A stretch of 64,000 bases of DNA. It comes from Podospora anserina (taxonomy: Eukaryota). The position numbers and the translations under genes are program-made. The DNA lies in NCBI GenBank assembly GCA_017654855.1, contig CM030332.1, positions 4,712,001 to 4,776,000 of the forward strand, given 5' to 3'. Positions within the stretch are counted from its first letter, which is position 1. Every line of letters begins with the position of its first letter. The notes below the pieces were generated by a model. The model was not told where the DNA came from and did no database searches. It saw only the letters and a list, made by a program, of their open reading frames with translations. Shown here piece by piece: positions 11,143 to 23,314 of the stretch.

Positions 11143-13350
11143 ATGGCCAGCTACAACGACCCCTACGACATCCCCACGAGGGAGCGCACAACCCGGCGCT
11201 ACTACCGGGAAGAGCGCCGTGAGGACCCTCGGGCTTATGACACCCGCGACAGCTATCTCAATGTCCAGTCTTCGCGCGACCTGGTACCGCGGGCCCGCGA
11301 GGACAGCGATCTCTCGGTAGAAGAGATCCGTCGTGACTTCCCTCCTCCCGGCTACTCAACCCGTGATTTGCGCCGCGCCCGCTCTGCCGAACCTGGACAG
11401 TACGACGACTATGACGACCGCCGGTCTCACTACAGCCGCTATGATGACCGCAGCGCTTACGGTCATGAGCATGACCGCCGGTCTCTGAGGAGGACAGACA
11501 GCTACTACGAGGAACAGCACAAGAAGAAGGTCCGCATGCTGTCGAAGCAGGAGCAAATCATTGCTGCTATCAGCGGAGCTGCCATCGCTATCGGTGGTAA
11601 GGAGCTGTATGACCGCCGCGAGGCCAACCAGGCCGGCACTCCCGAAGTTCAGCGCAACATTCTGGCTTCTGTCGCCCTCGGAGCTGCAGGCGCTCTTGCG
11701 GGATACCAGGGGACTGAGTTCTACAACAAGAAGAAGGAGAAGGAAGAGAAAAAGATCTTGGCTCACCGAGGTTATTATTCGGACGATGACGGAGAAAGCG
11801 CAAAAGAGAAGAAGGGCCACAAGAACTTCCTCGAGAGCGCTCTCGCTGCTGCGGGCTTGGGTGGTGCCGTCAAGGCTCTGACCGGCAAGGACAAGGACAA
11901 GGACGACAAGTCTGACACCAGGAGCCGTCGTGATACCAGCCGTTCAAGATCGAGATCGAGGTCTAGGTCCCGGTCTACCTCTCGCTCTCGGGGTGAGAAG
12001 GGCAAGGGTGAAGGCGCCAACAAGATCCAAAAGGCAGCTATGGCCTCGCTCATTGCCGGTGCCACCGAAGCTTTCCGCATTTCCAAGCAGCCCGGTTCAT
12101 GGAAGGGCGAGAAGGCTAAGCGCGTCTTTACTGCTGCCGCCGGTGCTGCCACACTCGACGCTGCTCAGGACACTGAGAAGGCCGGCAGCAAGCTCGGCTT
12201 GGCTGAGGCCGTCATGGGTGGTCTGCTCGGCAACCGCGTCATCAACGGTTCCAAGAAGAACATCGAGATGGATGAGAAGACAGGCCGATCGCGATCGAGA
12301 TCTCGCCGGCGTTCCAAGAGTGGCGACAGCCAGAGTGGAGGTGGTGTGAGCGGTCTGGCCGCTCTTGCCACAGCTGGCTTGGGCGCCTTTGCCGGCAAGA
12401 AGATCATGGACAGCCATGAGCGGTCCAAATCTCGTGGCCGGAGCGCCGATTCATACGACAGCCGTGATGGCGATCGTCGCCGCAGCAGGAGCCGCAGCGT
12501 TGTCGACTCGGCCCGCCGAAAGATGGCCAAGATCGGCCTCGGTAATGGTCCCGATGACGACGACAGGGATCGTCGCAGAGACCGTAGCCGCGACCGTGAC
12601 TACAGCCGCAGCCGGAGCCGTGACCGCGGACACCGGGACGACCATGACGACCGCTCTTCGCGCCGCCACAGAGATGACGACAGAGACTACGACAAACGGC
12701 GCCGCGATTCAGATTATGACGACGCCCGTTCCCACCGCAGCGGTGGAGGACGTGATCGTTCACGCCGCCGGGGACACTCGCTATCAGATGACGATTTAGG
12801 GGATTCAGATGATGATAAGAGACGTGGAAGCAAGATGAGAGGTAAGCAAATTCTCACCACCGGCCTGGCTGCCGTGGCGACCATCCACGCAGCCCACAGT
12901 GTCTATTCGAGCATGGAGAAGCGAAATCTACGACACAAGGCGGTCAAAGACGGAAGATTGAGTGAAGAGCAAGCCAAGAAGATGAAGAAGAAGGCCCTGC
13001 TGCAAGATGCGGCGGCGGTGGGCATTGCTGCTCTCGGTGTCAAGGGTGCCCTTCACGAGATCAAGGAAGCCCGCGAGCTGAAGCACGAGCTGCACGAGTG
13101 GAAGGAGGAGAGGGCAGAGAGACGCAAACGGCGGCTTGAGAGGCAGCTGGAGATGGTTCACGGAGATGTCAACAGTGGTAGCGGTGGCAGCGATAGGGGT
13201 GGCGGTGACAGGCAGGTGGGAAGGCACAGGGCAGATAACTGGTCTTCCCCGAACCCTCCACGGACAGAGCGGTACTATGGCGAAGGACCTCGGTATTCTG
13301 ATGGAAACCCATACGCCGCCCTGCCTCCACCTCCATACGACAGGAGGTGA
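11143..13350 (+). CDS. R/S/D-rich low-complexity protein with Gly/Ala-rich hydrophobic (glycine-zipper-like) segments; resembles fungal DUF3824-type proteins
   Basis: 735-aa ORF with strong coding-like codon bias. RSRSRS and RD repeats alternate with segments such as ALGAAGALAG and GLAALATAGLGAFAG. The family label is tentative. Confidence 0.75.
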   Translation: MASYNDPYDIPTRERTTRRYYREERREDPRAYDTRDSYLNVQSSRDLVPRAREDSDLSVEEIRRDFPPPGYSTRDLRRARSAEPGQYDDYDDRRSHYSRYDDRSAYGHEHDRRSLRRTDSYYEEQHKKKVRMLSKQEQIIAAISGAAIAIGGKELYDRREANQAGTPEVQRNILASVALGAAGALAGYQGTEFYNKKKEKEEKKILAHRGYYSDDDGESAKEKKGHKNFLESALAAAGLGGAVKALTGKDKDKDDKSDTRSRRDTSRSRSRSRSRSRSTSRSRGEKGKGEGANKIQKAAMASLIAGATEAFRISKQPGSWKGEKAKRVFTAAAGAATLDAAQDTEKAGSKLGLAEAVMGGLLGNRVINGSKKNIEMDEKTGRSRSRSRRRSKSGDSQSGGGVSGLAALATAGLGAFAGKKIMDSHERSKSRGRSADSYDSRDGDRRRSRSRSVVDSARRKMAKIGLGNGPDDDDRDRRRDRSRDRDYSRSRSRDRGHRDDHDDRSSRRHRDDDRDYDKRRRDSDYDDARSHRSGGGRDRSRRRGHSLSDDDLGDSDDDKRRGSKMRGKQILTTGLAAVATIHAAHSVYSSMEKRNLRHKAVKDGRLSEEQAKKMKKKALLQDAAAVGIAALGVKGALHEIKEARELKHELHEWKEERAERRKRRLERQLEMVHGDVNSGSGGSDRGGGDRQVGRHRADNWSSPNPPRTERYYGEGPRYSDGNPYAALPPPPYDRR

Positions 13351-14731
13351 GGGGTGGTGAAGACTTATCACCATTCTTTGGATGTCACTTGTCCTACGAC
13401 TCTGGCAACTATCCGTCCTACCCGCCGTGCCTCACGGCCAGCCCATGGTTTTGGGAACACACACTACACACACTACACACACACACACACATACACACAC
13501 ACACGGACAGGACACTGTTTGCGCACCATAAAAACCCCAGCCTCATATTAAACAACGCTTCTTAATGTCTTATTTCCGTCAACGAATCCGTGCCGCACAA
13601 TTACACGCACACAAAACCTGCCACCCAACACCAGCCCCGAGCCGCCACCGCTATTCACCCACAACGCCGCCACCGCCGCACAAGCTTACGGGGTCGTCAT
13701 CTCAACCACCTCTCACATTCTCTCACCTCCTTCTGTCACACCTCATCAGCAGCAGGGTCAGTGCTCTCGGATACTAGATCTCGAGGAGCTCTGCGGTTGC
13801 AAATGGTTAATGGCGGGCTGCTCTTTACGACATGATGACTTTTGTTTTACTTTTCTATTTCCTTTCTGTTCAAACACACAAATCCAAAAACTTACTTAAA
13901 GAGCATGTTCTAATTAATCTTTTTCTTCTGTGACAGATCACCGCCGTTAAACGGCATATTACAGCCAACCTCGATCCAGCCCAGCCCAGACCAACCAACA
14001 TCAAACCCACCTTCCAGCTTTTTTTCTTTGTTGACCCGCTCACATCATCCTGGTCGAACAGCAGGGTGGCAGAGTGGGGGGATTACCAAAAACCGGGGGA
14101 GTATCGTTTGTGCTTCGCTGCTGTGCGTGTTGCTGTTGTGCAACATGGCACTTGAGCATATGCGGTATTTGATGATCTACAGTTCGAGTTTACTCGGGTG
14201 TTAGGATAGGGTAACGAAATGATATCACGACCAAGTTTTCTTATCTCTCTCTTCTGTTTATGCCTTATGATCTAGACGGATTTGTTTTTTGGATGGGGGG
14301 AAGATAGGGAGGATACTTTTTGGAACAAACTGGGTTGATGATACCTTGGTATGTTTGTTTGGTTTTTGGCTGGTCTTGAGATGATGAAATGAGAATGAGG
14401 TGATGAGGAATGAATGGTATTTAGGAGGTGGAGGTGGAGGGGGATATATACGTACGGGCGGGTTTGTTGCCTTGGCTTTTTCCATGTCTTTTTTTTTGTC
14501 CATTTTTTGGATTTTATGATGTTATCTTTTTTGGTAGTTTGAGCTTTTGTTCTTGATGCTTATGATGATTATGAAATGTCAAAAAATGGATGGATTAAAA
14601 GTGCTTTTTGGTATTTTCCACGCTTGTGATGATGGTGATTTTCATGCTATGTAAATGCGCCTGTATACCTTCCCTCCTTTATGCCAACCACCTTTCCACT
14701 TCTCACAAATCATTTCCGGGTATCGTTGCTC

Positions 14732-17728
14732 TCAAAACCCCCTCCCAGCCCTCTTCCTCACGGGCTTCACCACCGCCCCCGACGTGACCGTCTTTTTATC
14801 TTTACTCTTCCCCGCCGGACCAGCCTTCTTCACCAGCTTCAGCTCCTCCTCGGCCTGCACCTCCTCCTCATGCCTCTTCTTATCCGCCGCCATCTGCGCC
14901 TCAATCTCCATCTTCTTGTTAAACTCGGTCTCCGTGATCCTCTTCTCCCTAGCCGAATACCCCTTCTCCTTGACCGAATAAAACACCCCGCCCAGCTCGG
15001 CCAGCCAGTGAGGGTCCACCGACGTGACCGTAGACATGTACTCCTTCGACGTCAGGATCAGCTCATGATAAATGACATAATCCGGCAAGAAACCCAGCCC
15101 ATAAAGCGCGCTCGTCGGGTGGAGCTGAACCGTCACCGACGTTCGCAAATTAATGTACTCGCCTATGCCCTTGACTTTGGCCGCCTGATGGTAATACCCC
15201 GAGCAGATGCACTTTCGGATCACGTCCCAGTCCGTCCCGCAGCTCACCATTTCCATCTGCTGCATCTTCATGATATCCAGCAGCTGGTCCCGGACCTCTT
15301 TCGCGCGGCGGAGGGACTTGGAGTGCAAAAAGTGCTGGACGCACCACCGGTCGCTGTACCCGTTTGCTTTCCACTGCGTGTAGACGTGGAGATAGGTCAG
15401 GTGGTCTGACTCTGGCACGAAGAACTTCTCCCGTGCGGCGTCGGATTCCTCCTGGCGTTCTTTAGGTCGGAAGAAGACGTTGGGGACGGAGAGCATCGAG
15501 ACGATGGTGACCATCTCTTCGCTGCAGCCATATTGCTCCGACATGATCAGAAGTTTGGCGAGGGAGGGGTCCATGGGGAAGGCGTTCATCTTCCGTCCCA
15601 GGTCGGTCAGCTCGCCGAGGTTGTCCAGGGCTCCCAGCGCCCACAGGTCGAACAAGGAGGTCGTGATGGTGTCTTGGGGTGGGGGGTCCATAAAGTCAAA
15701 GTCGAGCAGGTCTTTGACGCCGAGGGACTTGAGGAGCAAGACTGTGTTGCTCAGGTTGGTTCTTTGAATCTCGGGGATTGTGGAGATGTACATCTCGTCT
15801 TTGAAGGCCTTTTCGGTGAAAAGACGGTAGGCCTGTCCGGGGCCGGTTCGCCCGGCACGACCGGAACGCTGCGATGCGTTTGCTTGCGAGATGGGGGTGA
15901 TTTGTAGCGTGTCCATACCCATTCGTGGGTTGTACACTTTGAGCTTCGAGTACCCTGCGTCAACCACATACATGATACCATCGACCGTCAAACTGGTCTC
16001 GGCAATGTTGGTGGCCACGATACATTTCCGAACACCCGGGGCAGCTCGGTCGAAAATTTTGGCCTGCAAATCTGCCGGCATTTGACTGTAAATAGGGAGG
16101 ATGCTGAGCTTTGGAGGATCGTTGAGCGCATCCAGGCGTTCACGGACAAGCTCACACGTTACCTCGATATCTTCCTGGCCCGTCATGAATACCAGAATAT
16201 CGCCTGCTGGTTTGCCCACATGAATCGCCAGGACCTGCTGCACGGCCGCATCCACGTAGTCCTCAACAGGTGACCGGTGAAACATGACATCAACGGGGAA
16301 TGTTCGACCCGGGATCGTGAACTCGGGAGCTCCGCCGTAAAAGTCGGAGAAGCGTTTGGAGTTCATCGTGGCCGAAGTCACGATCAGTTTCAGATCGCGG
16401 CGTCTCTGAAGAATCTTTTTGAACAAGCCCATGAGAACGTCGGTATTGAGCGCTCTTTCGTGGGCTTCATCCATGATGACGCACGAGTATCGATCAAGGT
16501 CCGGCTCATTCAGAGATTCTCGAAGCAACACACCATCTGTCATGTACTTGATAACCGTCTCTTTGCTGGTGCAGTCCTCGAAACGAATCGCATAGCCCAC
16601 TGTACTCCCGAGTTTTACTTCCATTTCCTCAGCCACACGTTTGGCAACACTCATTGCTGCTACTCTTCGGGGCTGTGTGCACCCAATCATACCAACCTTG
16701 CCGTAGCCATCTTCATACAGAAACTGGGCCAGCTGTGTCGTTTTGCCAGAGCCTGTTTCTCCGACCACAATGACCACTTGGTTGTCTCGAATTACCCGCA
16801 GCAAATCTTCGCGAACAGCAAACGCTGGAAGATACTCCCGCTGTTCTTTCAGGGATTTGCTTTGACTGAAGTTGCTTGCGCCCTCCGACTTCTTCATATG
16901 TTCGCTGAATTTGTTTGAGTTTTGCGCCTTTCCAGATTCCTCACTCGCGATGGGAAGGGCGCTGTCGGTGTCCTCTTCTTTCACCCCCATCAAGTTACCC
17001 AGCGCAGTTCCTGCCACGTTTGTTGCCTCCTGAGCCTGTTTTGCGCGTTCTCTCTGCGTGCGCCTTTCCTTCACAACGCGACTCCCTTTCCTGCTGAAGA
17101 CAGCCATATCACTTTGGGCATCTCGAACGGCAGGAATGGGCTCCAATTGCTTCGTAAAGACAGTTCGTCCGTCCAAGAACGGCGGTCGTAGGTCATGCAC
17201 GAGAAGATGAACGCGGGTCCCTTCTTGGTCGTCCTCAAAATCGCGTCCCATATTTCTTCGTTGCGCCACACCGGATGTGAGCATTCTGTTGGTCTCCCAC
17301 GCATCAACATCCTTTTGTTTCTGCAACTGTCGCGCGTTCATGCCGCCGCGCGAAAAGTTGGCGACCTTTTTCTCTATCAAGGCGGCCTCCCTTTCCTGCG
17401 CTGCCCAGCCTGCCTCATCGCCGAATGGATTATGGGTGTCGTCGCCAAACGTGTGTCCACCCAAGTCATCGTCACCACCATACCAGTCGCGGTCGAGAGC
17501 GTTGATGGCATCTTGGTCGTCGACGCCCTCTTCTGGGCCGTCAAACTCTCGTTGCTTTGGTGTGGATGCGCCAGCCAATTTTGAGCCGGCGCGCGGTGTA
17601 GAGCTTCTCGAGTTGAAGCGGTTTTGGGGGCGGGATGGGATGTCGCTGAATCGATCGTCGTTGCGCAGTGGGTTGAAGTCCAGCTTCCTCCGCTTGTTCG
17701 AGCGGTCATCTTCGTAGTCGCGGCCCAT
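14732..17728 (-). CDS. PRP16: Pre-mRNA splicing DEAH-box helicase Prp16
   Basis: Intronless ORF from ATG 17728 (MGRDYEDD). Motifs [28 protein letters not shown]-terminal LDRDWY and [11 protein letters not shown] are Prp16/DHX38-type features. Confidence 0.95.
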   Translation of the reverse strand: MGRDYEDDRSNKRRKLDFNPLRNDDRFSDIPSRPQNRFNSRSSTPRAGSKLAGASTPKQREFDGPEEGVDDQDAINALDRDWYGGDDDLGGHTFGDDTHNPFGDEAGWAAQEREAALIEKKVANFSRGGMNARQLQKQKDVDAWETNRMLTSGVAQRRNMGRDFEDDQEGTRVHLLVHDLRPPFLDGRTVFTKQLEPIPAVRDAQSDMAVFSRKGSRVVKERRTQRERAKQAQEATNVAGTALGNLMGVKEEDTDSALPIASEESGKAQNSNKFSEHMKKSEGASNFSQSKSLKEQREYLPAFAVREDLLRVIRDNQVVIVVGETGSGKTTQLAQFLYEDGYGKVGMIGCTQPRRVAAMSVAKRVAEEMEVKLGSTVGYAIRFEDCTSKETVIKYMTDGVLLRESLNEPDLDRYSCVIMDEAHERALNTDVLMGLFKKILQRRRDLKLIVTSATMNSKRFSDFYGGAPEFTIPGRTFPVDVMFHRSPVEDYVDAAVQQVLAIHVGKPAGDILVFMTGQEDIEVTCELVRERLDALNDPPKLSILPIYSQMPADLQAKIFDRAAPGVRKCIVATNIAETSLTVDGIMYVVDAGYSKLKVYNPRMGMDTLQITPISQANASQRSGRAGRTGPGQAYRLFTEKAFKDEMYISTIPEIQRTNLSNTVLLLKSLGVKDLLDFDFMDPPPQDTITTSLFDLWALGALDNLGELTDLGRKMNAFPMDPSLAKLLIMSEQYGCSEEMVTIVSMLSVPNVFFRPKERQEESDAAREKFFVPESDHLTYLHVYTQWKANGYSDRWCVQHFLHSKSLRRAKEVRDQLLDIMKMQQMEMVSCGTDWDVIRKCICSGYYHQAAKVKGIGEYINLRTSVTVQLHPTSALYGLGFLPDYVIYHELILTSKEYMSTVTSVDPHWLAELGGVFYSVKEKGYSAREKRITETEFNKKMEIEAQMAADKKRHEEEVQAEEELKLVKKAGPAGKSKDKKTVTSGAVVKPVRKRAGRGF

Positions 17729-18005
17729 ATTTACTGTTATTAACAAAAATGTATGCTGGATGGAAGTTGTTTTGTTGACTTTAGAGTTCAAGCTTTCCAC
17801 AGGTTGAGTTGACGTGCAACGAATTGCGGAGCTCTCCAAGAACCCCTGTCCCACCACCACAGCGCAAGTTCCCGATAAGATAAGCCCCGCTGTCGGTCCC
17901 ACTAAAAAGTTGAACTGAGGAAATCCAACTTGTGAAATTTTGCGCCAGCAACATTTGTGACCACTCCAGCATCATCTTCCCAGGTCGTCGACTGCAGCTT
18001 TCACC
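17729..18005. promoter_or_regulatory. Compact bidirectional promoter between PRP16 and PWP1
   Basis: 277 bp between divergent ATGs. Contains GATAAGATAAG (17874-17884) and an RRPE-like TGAAATTTT (17933-17941). Confidence 0.6.
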
Positions 18006-19693
18006 ATGGCGTCTATGATTACTACTACTGCCTGGGTGCCCCGGGGCTTTGCGGCACCGTTCCCCAACAAGTACAAGTTTGACGAGGAAGAATATGAGCG
18101 CATCGCTGCTCTCGCCAAGCTGCAGCTTGGTGATGCTGAGGAGGATCTGGCCGAAGCACAAGAGGCCGAGAAGAAGGGGTCAGAAAAGTCCGACAAGAAG
18201 AAGGCTGAAAGGGAAACCAAGGATGATGACGCTTCAGAGTATGTGTCCCTGGGATTTCATGGGTGTGCGCTTTCTAATAGTTTGAATTTAGCATCGAGAT
18301 CGACGATGATCTGAAAGAATACGACCTCGAGCACTACGACGACACAGATGAGGAGGCCGGCGAGGGGCAGTCCATGGGCATGTTCGGCAATGTCAAGTCG
18401 CTCGCTTACTACGAATCGAACAAGGAGGACCCGTACATCACACTTGACCCTGGCGCTGACGAGGACGACGAAGAGCGTGAGGATCTGCAAATTCTGGCTA
18501 CCGATAACCTTCTGCTCGCCGCCAAGATCGAGGACGAACTTGCCCACCTTGAGGTCTATGTCTACGAAGATGCTGCCGATAATCTCTACGTACATCACGA
18601 TATCATGCTTCCTGCGATTCCACTGTGCGTCGAGTGGCTGGACTGCCCAGTAAACAAAGCCGGTGTCGATAAGGACTCGGCCGCCAACTTTGTCGCTATT
18701 GGGACATTCGACCCCGATATCGAGATTTGGGACTTGGATACCATCGACTGCATGTACCCAAACGCTATTCTGGGACAGGGCGCCAATCCCGAGGAGGAAA
18801 CAAAAAAAAAGAAGAAAAAGAAGTCGAAGAAGGCCAACGATGAATACCACGTTGATGCTGTGCTGGCGCTTGCTGCAAACAGGAAACATCGCAACCTCCT
18901 TGCTTCAGGTTCAGCAGACAAGACCATCAAGCTCTGGGATCTTCACACAGCCAAGTGCGCCCAGTCGTACAGCTATCATACCGACAAGGTCTGCTCGCTC
19001 GCCTGGCACGGCGTTGAGTCCACGGTGCTGTTGAGTGGCAGTTATGATCGCACAGCTGCCATTGCCGACATGCGCGCGCCTGGGGAGCAGCCAATGAGAG
19101 TCGGTGTAGAAAGCGACATCGAGACTGTCAGGTGGGATCCTCATGACCCCAACTTCTTCTATGTGTCGACTGAGAACGGTATTGTCCATTACTTCGACGC
19201 CCGCAAGGCCACCAAGGATCCTTCCGCCAGCAGCTCCGTCTGGAAGCTCCAGGCCCACGACGAGTCTGTTTCATCCTTTGACCTGAACCCGGTCATTCCA
19301 GGGTTCATGGTGACTGGTTCGACCGACAAGACCGTCAAGATTTGGGACATCACCGCCGCAGGTCCATCGCTTGTTGTCTCTCGCGATTTTGACGTTGGCA
19401 AGGTCTTCTCGACGGCTTTCGCTCCTGACCGTGAGGTCGCCTTCAGAGTTTCCATTGCCGGCAGCAATGGCAACGTCTCTGTGTGGGACACCAGCACCAA
19501 CGCCGGCGTCCGCAAGGCCTTTGCCCAAAAGGTGCCAAATCTTCCCACTCGGGAGGATGGTGCTGAGGACAGGCTGGTTGCGGTCAACAATGATGAGGAG
19601 GAGAGCAGCAGTGATGAGGGCGAGGAAGATGATGGGGATGATGATTCTGAGGAGGATTCGGATGAGGACGGAGACTCCATGGACGAGGATTAA
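18006..19693 (+). CDS. PWP1: Periodic tryptophan protein 1 (WD40, ribosome biogenesis)
   Basis: Exon 1 18006-18238 (MASMITTTAWVPRGFAA), intron 18239-18291, then DDDLKEYDLEHYD, NLYVHHDIMLPAIPLCVEWLD, WD40 repeats (LLASGSADKTIKLWD) and an acidic tail. Confidence 0.93.
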
Positions 19694-22600
19694 GTTGGCC
19701 GGGAGTAGCTGAAGGATACCCATCTTGTCATACTATCGATAAAATTCCGAGCCAATTTATGACTGTGTTATGTGATCCGTGAGGTCGATAAGAACCCATA
19801 ACCAGGAGTGTTGTCCCAGGCCTAAGAATTGCGGAGGAAAATGACGATACGCTGCATATGCCGACCTCAAGCTAACGGATGCAGACAGGTGCTAAAACCA
19901 CTACCTCAGAAGTAAGAAAGTGTCTCTGGACACGAAGCTGACCGTCAGCCTTGCAGCATCATGTTTTGAAGATGCAAGCCGCATGTTTTTTTTCTCGACA
20001 ACCCGGACACGGAGCGACACATGTTTCGTGAGCGGAGCATGTTTATGCTGATGGCTCGGCGATCAACGATCCTCCGGGACCGGCAAATCTTCCTAGCGAT
20101 AGCATTGACAAGAGTGGGACTGGAGCTCTGATCAATCTTGACGGCGGCTTTCCTCAGTCCAAAATTAGTCCATGGACGTTTGAGGCTCAGAGCCCATGGG
20201 CGTTTTGGGCAGACAGTTTCATATCACGAGAAGCTATCCCAGGCTGGTGGTAAGATGTTTGCTCATGCTTCACGTAACTACCAACAGCCCAAACAAGTGT
20301 TGACAAACCTTGGCGATGGATTTGTACAAGCAGCAGGCATCTCGGGCGTTGTCTTACACCGCGGCATGAACACCCAAGTGGGATGCGCCGGCCCCTCCGT
20401 CAAGCACTAACGACTCCAGTTCTTGGAAGCGGCCGGTGAGCTCCGAGTCTTCCAGAACAGAACAAACTGTTGAGCTGGTGAAGCTCTGGGCACCGAGGCT
20501 GTTCGTCATCCAGGTCCACGCCAAGTACTGGATCAACCAATCAGGGCTCACCGTCATCTTAAACACACACGGGCCGTCTAAAATCTTCAAAATACCAAAG
20601 TCAACAGCCTTTTTTCGAGCAAATAAATCGATCTTTCTCAATCCGAATAGCGATTTTATACTATATGCGCTTCTCTCCCAGTTTAAACCGTCTTTTTACG
20701 TTTAAAACCGATAAAGTTACAACTCTTGGCCTTCGAAAGTGTGCAAGTGTTTGATGACTTGTTAGTGGGGACCGTCGACCTAGATAACGACCACCGGGCA
20801 CCAAGTCCACAGCACATCGAGGAAACCCACACGCACGCGCTTCGAGCGGATCCCAAGGAAGCCCAGGCGCTTGGTTCGGCTTTTGGTTGTCAATCTGGAG
20901 CTGGCTGACGAACTGACAAGAGAACCTGACAGGCTGACTGCAACACTGTCACTGGTGATTGATCGAAGAGAACCGAACCATCAGCCGCGCGGTCGGGCGC
21001 GCATCTCACACAGCAGCAGCAGGTGCGGAGTGTTGAAGAAGTCCCCTGTGCTCAGGAAGTTTCATCGAGAATGGAAGGGGGAATAGAGAACATTGGGCCA
21101 ATCAGATGGCATGAATCAACATCTTAGCTTCGTTTCAGATGCAGGAACGAGGTTGATCTTCATGGCTCGAGTGGAGGGACACCAGTGCCATGCCCTGGCG
21201 CAAAAGAAATGTTGGGGGGTGAGGTTCTTCACCCCTGACACAGAAGAACCCACGGACGGTGATGCGCCTTGGACCAATCAGCGCTTGAAGATGGACTGCG
21301 GGATGCCCAAAACCCCCCGAGCACATCACGCATCCCTCTGTTGCTTTTTGTTCCCTCAGAGTTGGCCTCGGAAACAAGAATCGACTGCTTTTTGCTACAT
21401 TGCTGTAGAAGTAGCACCAGAGTGTGCTATTTTGGAACAGCATGGACGGGCGGCCTGCAAGGACAACTGTCAAACACGCATTTCTGAACTGTGGTTGATG
21501 GAGGGGGGAGAATCCAACATGCAGGAACAAGCGACCCCACGCAGGAGCAAACTGAGATGACCCTTGTCCCGGGCCCTTCATCGCCCAATCAAAGCGGGCC
21601 GCGATGCCAGCGTCAAGTGACTTGCAGCAGCGCCAACCAGAACTGGTAACTGGCATCTTGTCGCTTCGACTGGCCTCAACGGTCTTGATTATCCCTCGTT
21701 TTCTTTTGATCAGGGCTCAACATTCAAACATACGCATGAATTCTCGCTGGAAGTGTACACAACAGCGGGAAACCATTCATATATTGATTGGGGCATGTCG
21801 TCCTCCTTTGCCACGGTCCGGAGCATCGAGCTCAGAAAGGGGATGCACACTCCGGTCACCATGAGGTCAATCGAACCAATGGCATCCCAGGGCAGCCCTC
21901 CAAGCAGGGATCAGGTTTTAACCTTGGGCGGCGGGCTTGTGCGGTCTCCCCTTGCTGGGAAACGGCGCGCGACCAGCAGGCCAACCCAGCAAATCACCGG
22001 CCGTCCTAAATTCAGGATGTCACGGTCTCTTCTGCTCCGTACACTCTGCCGGCCCGGTCGAGAGGGCGAGAAGAGGCTTTTTCCACTGGGTGAAGAAGTG
22101 CCAACTGCCACTCTGAGTTGTCTGGCCGGGAGGGGGACCGGGAAAGAGCGCATTGGTATTGCTACGCAGAGGGTGACATAATCTCCTGCGTGATCCATCG
22201 TACCAGTACTTTGTGATCTGCAATGCGCAAGCAAAAAAAAAGCATTGCGCCACTCCCCGTGCCCGTTTCCCCATGGGTTTGCCCTCACCTTCGATGTGCG
22301 CTCGCGGCTCGTCCTTTATTGTTGTGCCTCCCCCCTCCAGGCTCACACCCTGCTTTTCTACTTTCAGTCATTCTGTAGACCCTTTGCGTCCCATCGCTCC
22401 TTGACGGACCAGAAAACTTTGACATCCTCAGAGATCCCCATCGCCGGCTCGCCTGGATACTCGAGGACACTTACACATTCCTTTTTTTACAAGACATTTC
22501 TTGCAGGACATTCATCCATCGCCCAACTTGCGCCGGTACACATCGCCCCCGAGATATTTCACTTCAGTTCTACACACACTCCCTCGACGACATCACACAA

Positions 22601-23314
22601 AGGGCCCAGGTCAGTCCGTCGTCACTTACCCAACATCACACGTGGACAACAAACACATTGCGTCGCCCTGTCTTTGTTGAAAACTTGAAGCCCCATCGAG
22701 GAGCCACGTTCCTTCTCGACTTGTTCTATTCAAACACGGCCTGGATCGCCGATTCTCCATTGTGCTAGATATAGCTACAACTTCCTTGTCAGGACACATC
22801 CATCTAGGATTTTCAGGTGTTTTGATCTCTACTTTGACCCGAAACCGCCCATTTCGCCGTGTATCGTCACCCGGACTCACTTCGACTGCTTTGATAGGGT
22901 CACGGAGCCGAGCGTTGTAACCCTGGGATAGGAAGTTTGCAGAGAAAAACGGGCACAAGCTCTTCCCGGCGCAACGTCACACGCAAAACCGAATCACAGG
23001 ACCATCTATCATTTGAGACCTCGTTCGCAAAACCACGCAATTGTTCAGGGAAGAGTGTTGTTAGGATCTGGAAGCGGGGCGTCTCTTCTCATCTTTCTTT
23101 CCATCACTCAACGCCTTTCTGCCACAAGCTTTACCCCTCAGGGCAGAAAGTCAAGTTTGACTCCTGGTCTTCGCCATTACCTACTATCTTTAGCCACCTG
23201 TCTGGTTGCTTTGAGTACGTTTATCTGGCTTGTTGAAGCCGAAGCAGGAAGGTGTCTAATATCGATCGATATAGATCGTTTTTCAGCTGAACAACCCCCT
23301 ACATAACCGGCAAG

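Noticed and set aside
17729..17902. N-terminal extension of PRP16 in the ORF track
   Set aside because: Starts at GTG and crosses the shared promoter; the first ATG at 17728 gives a plausible start.
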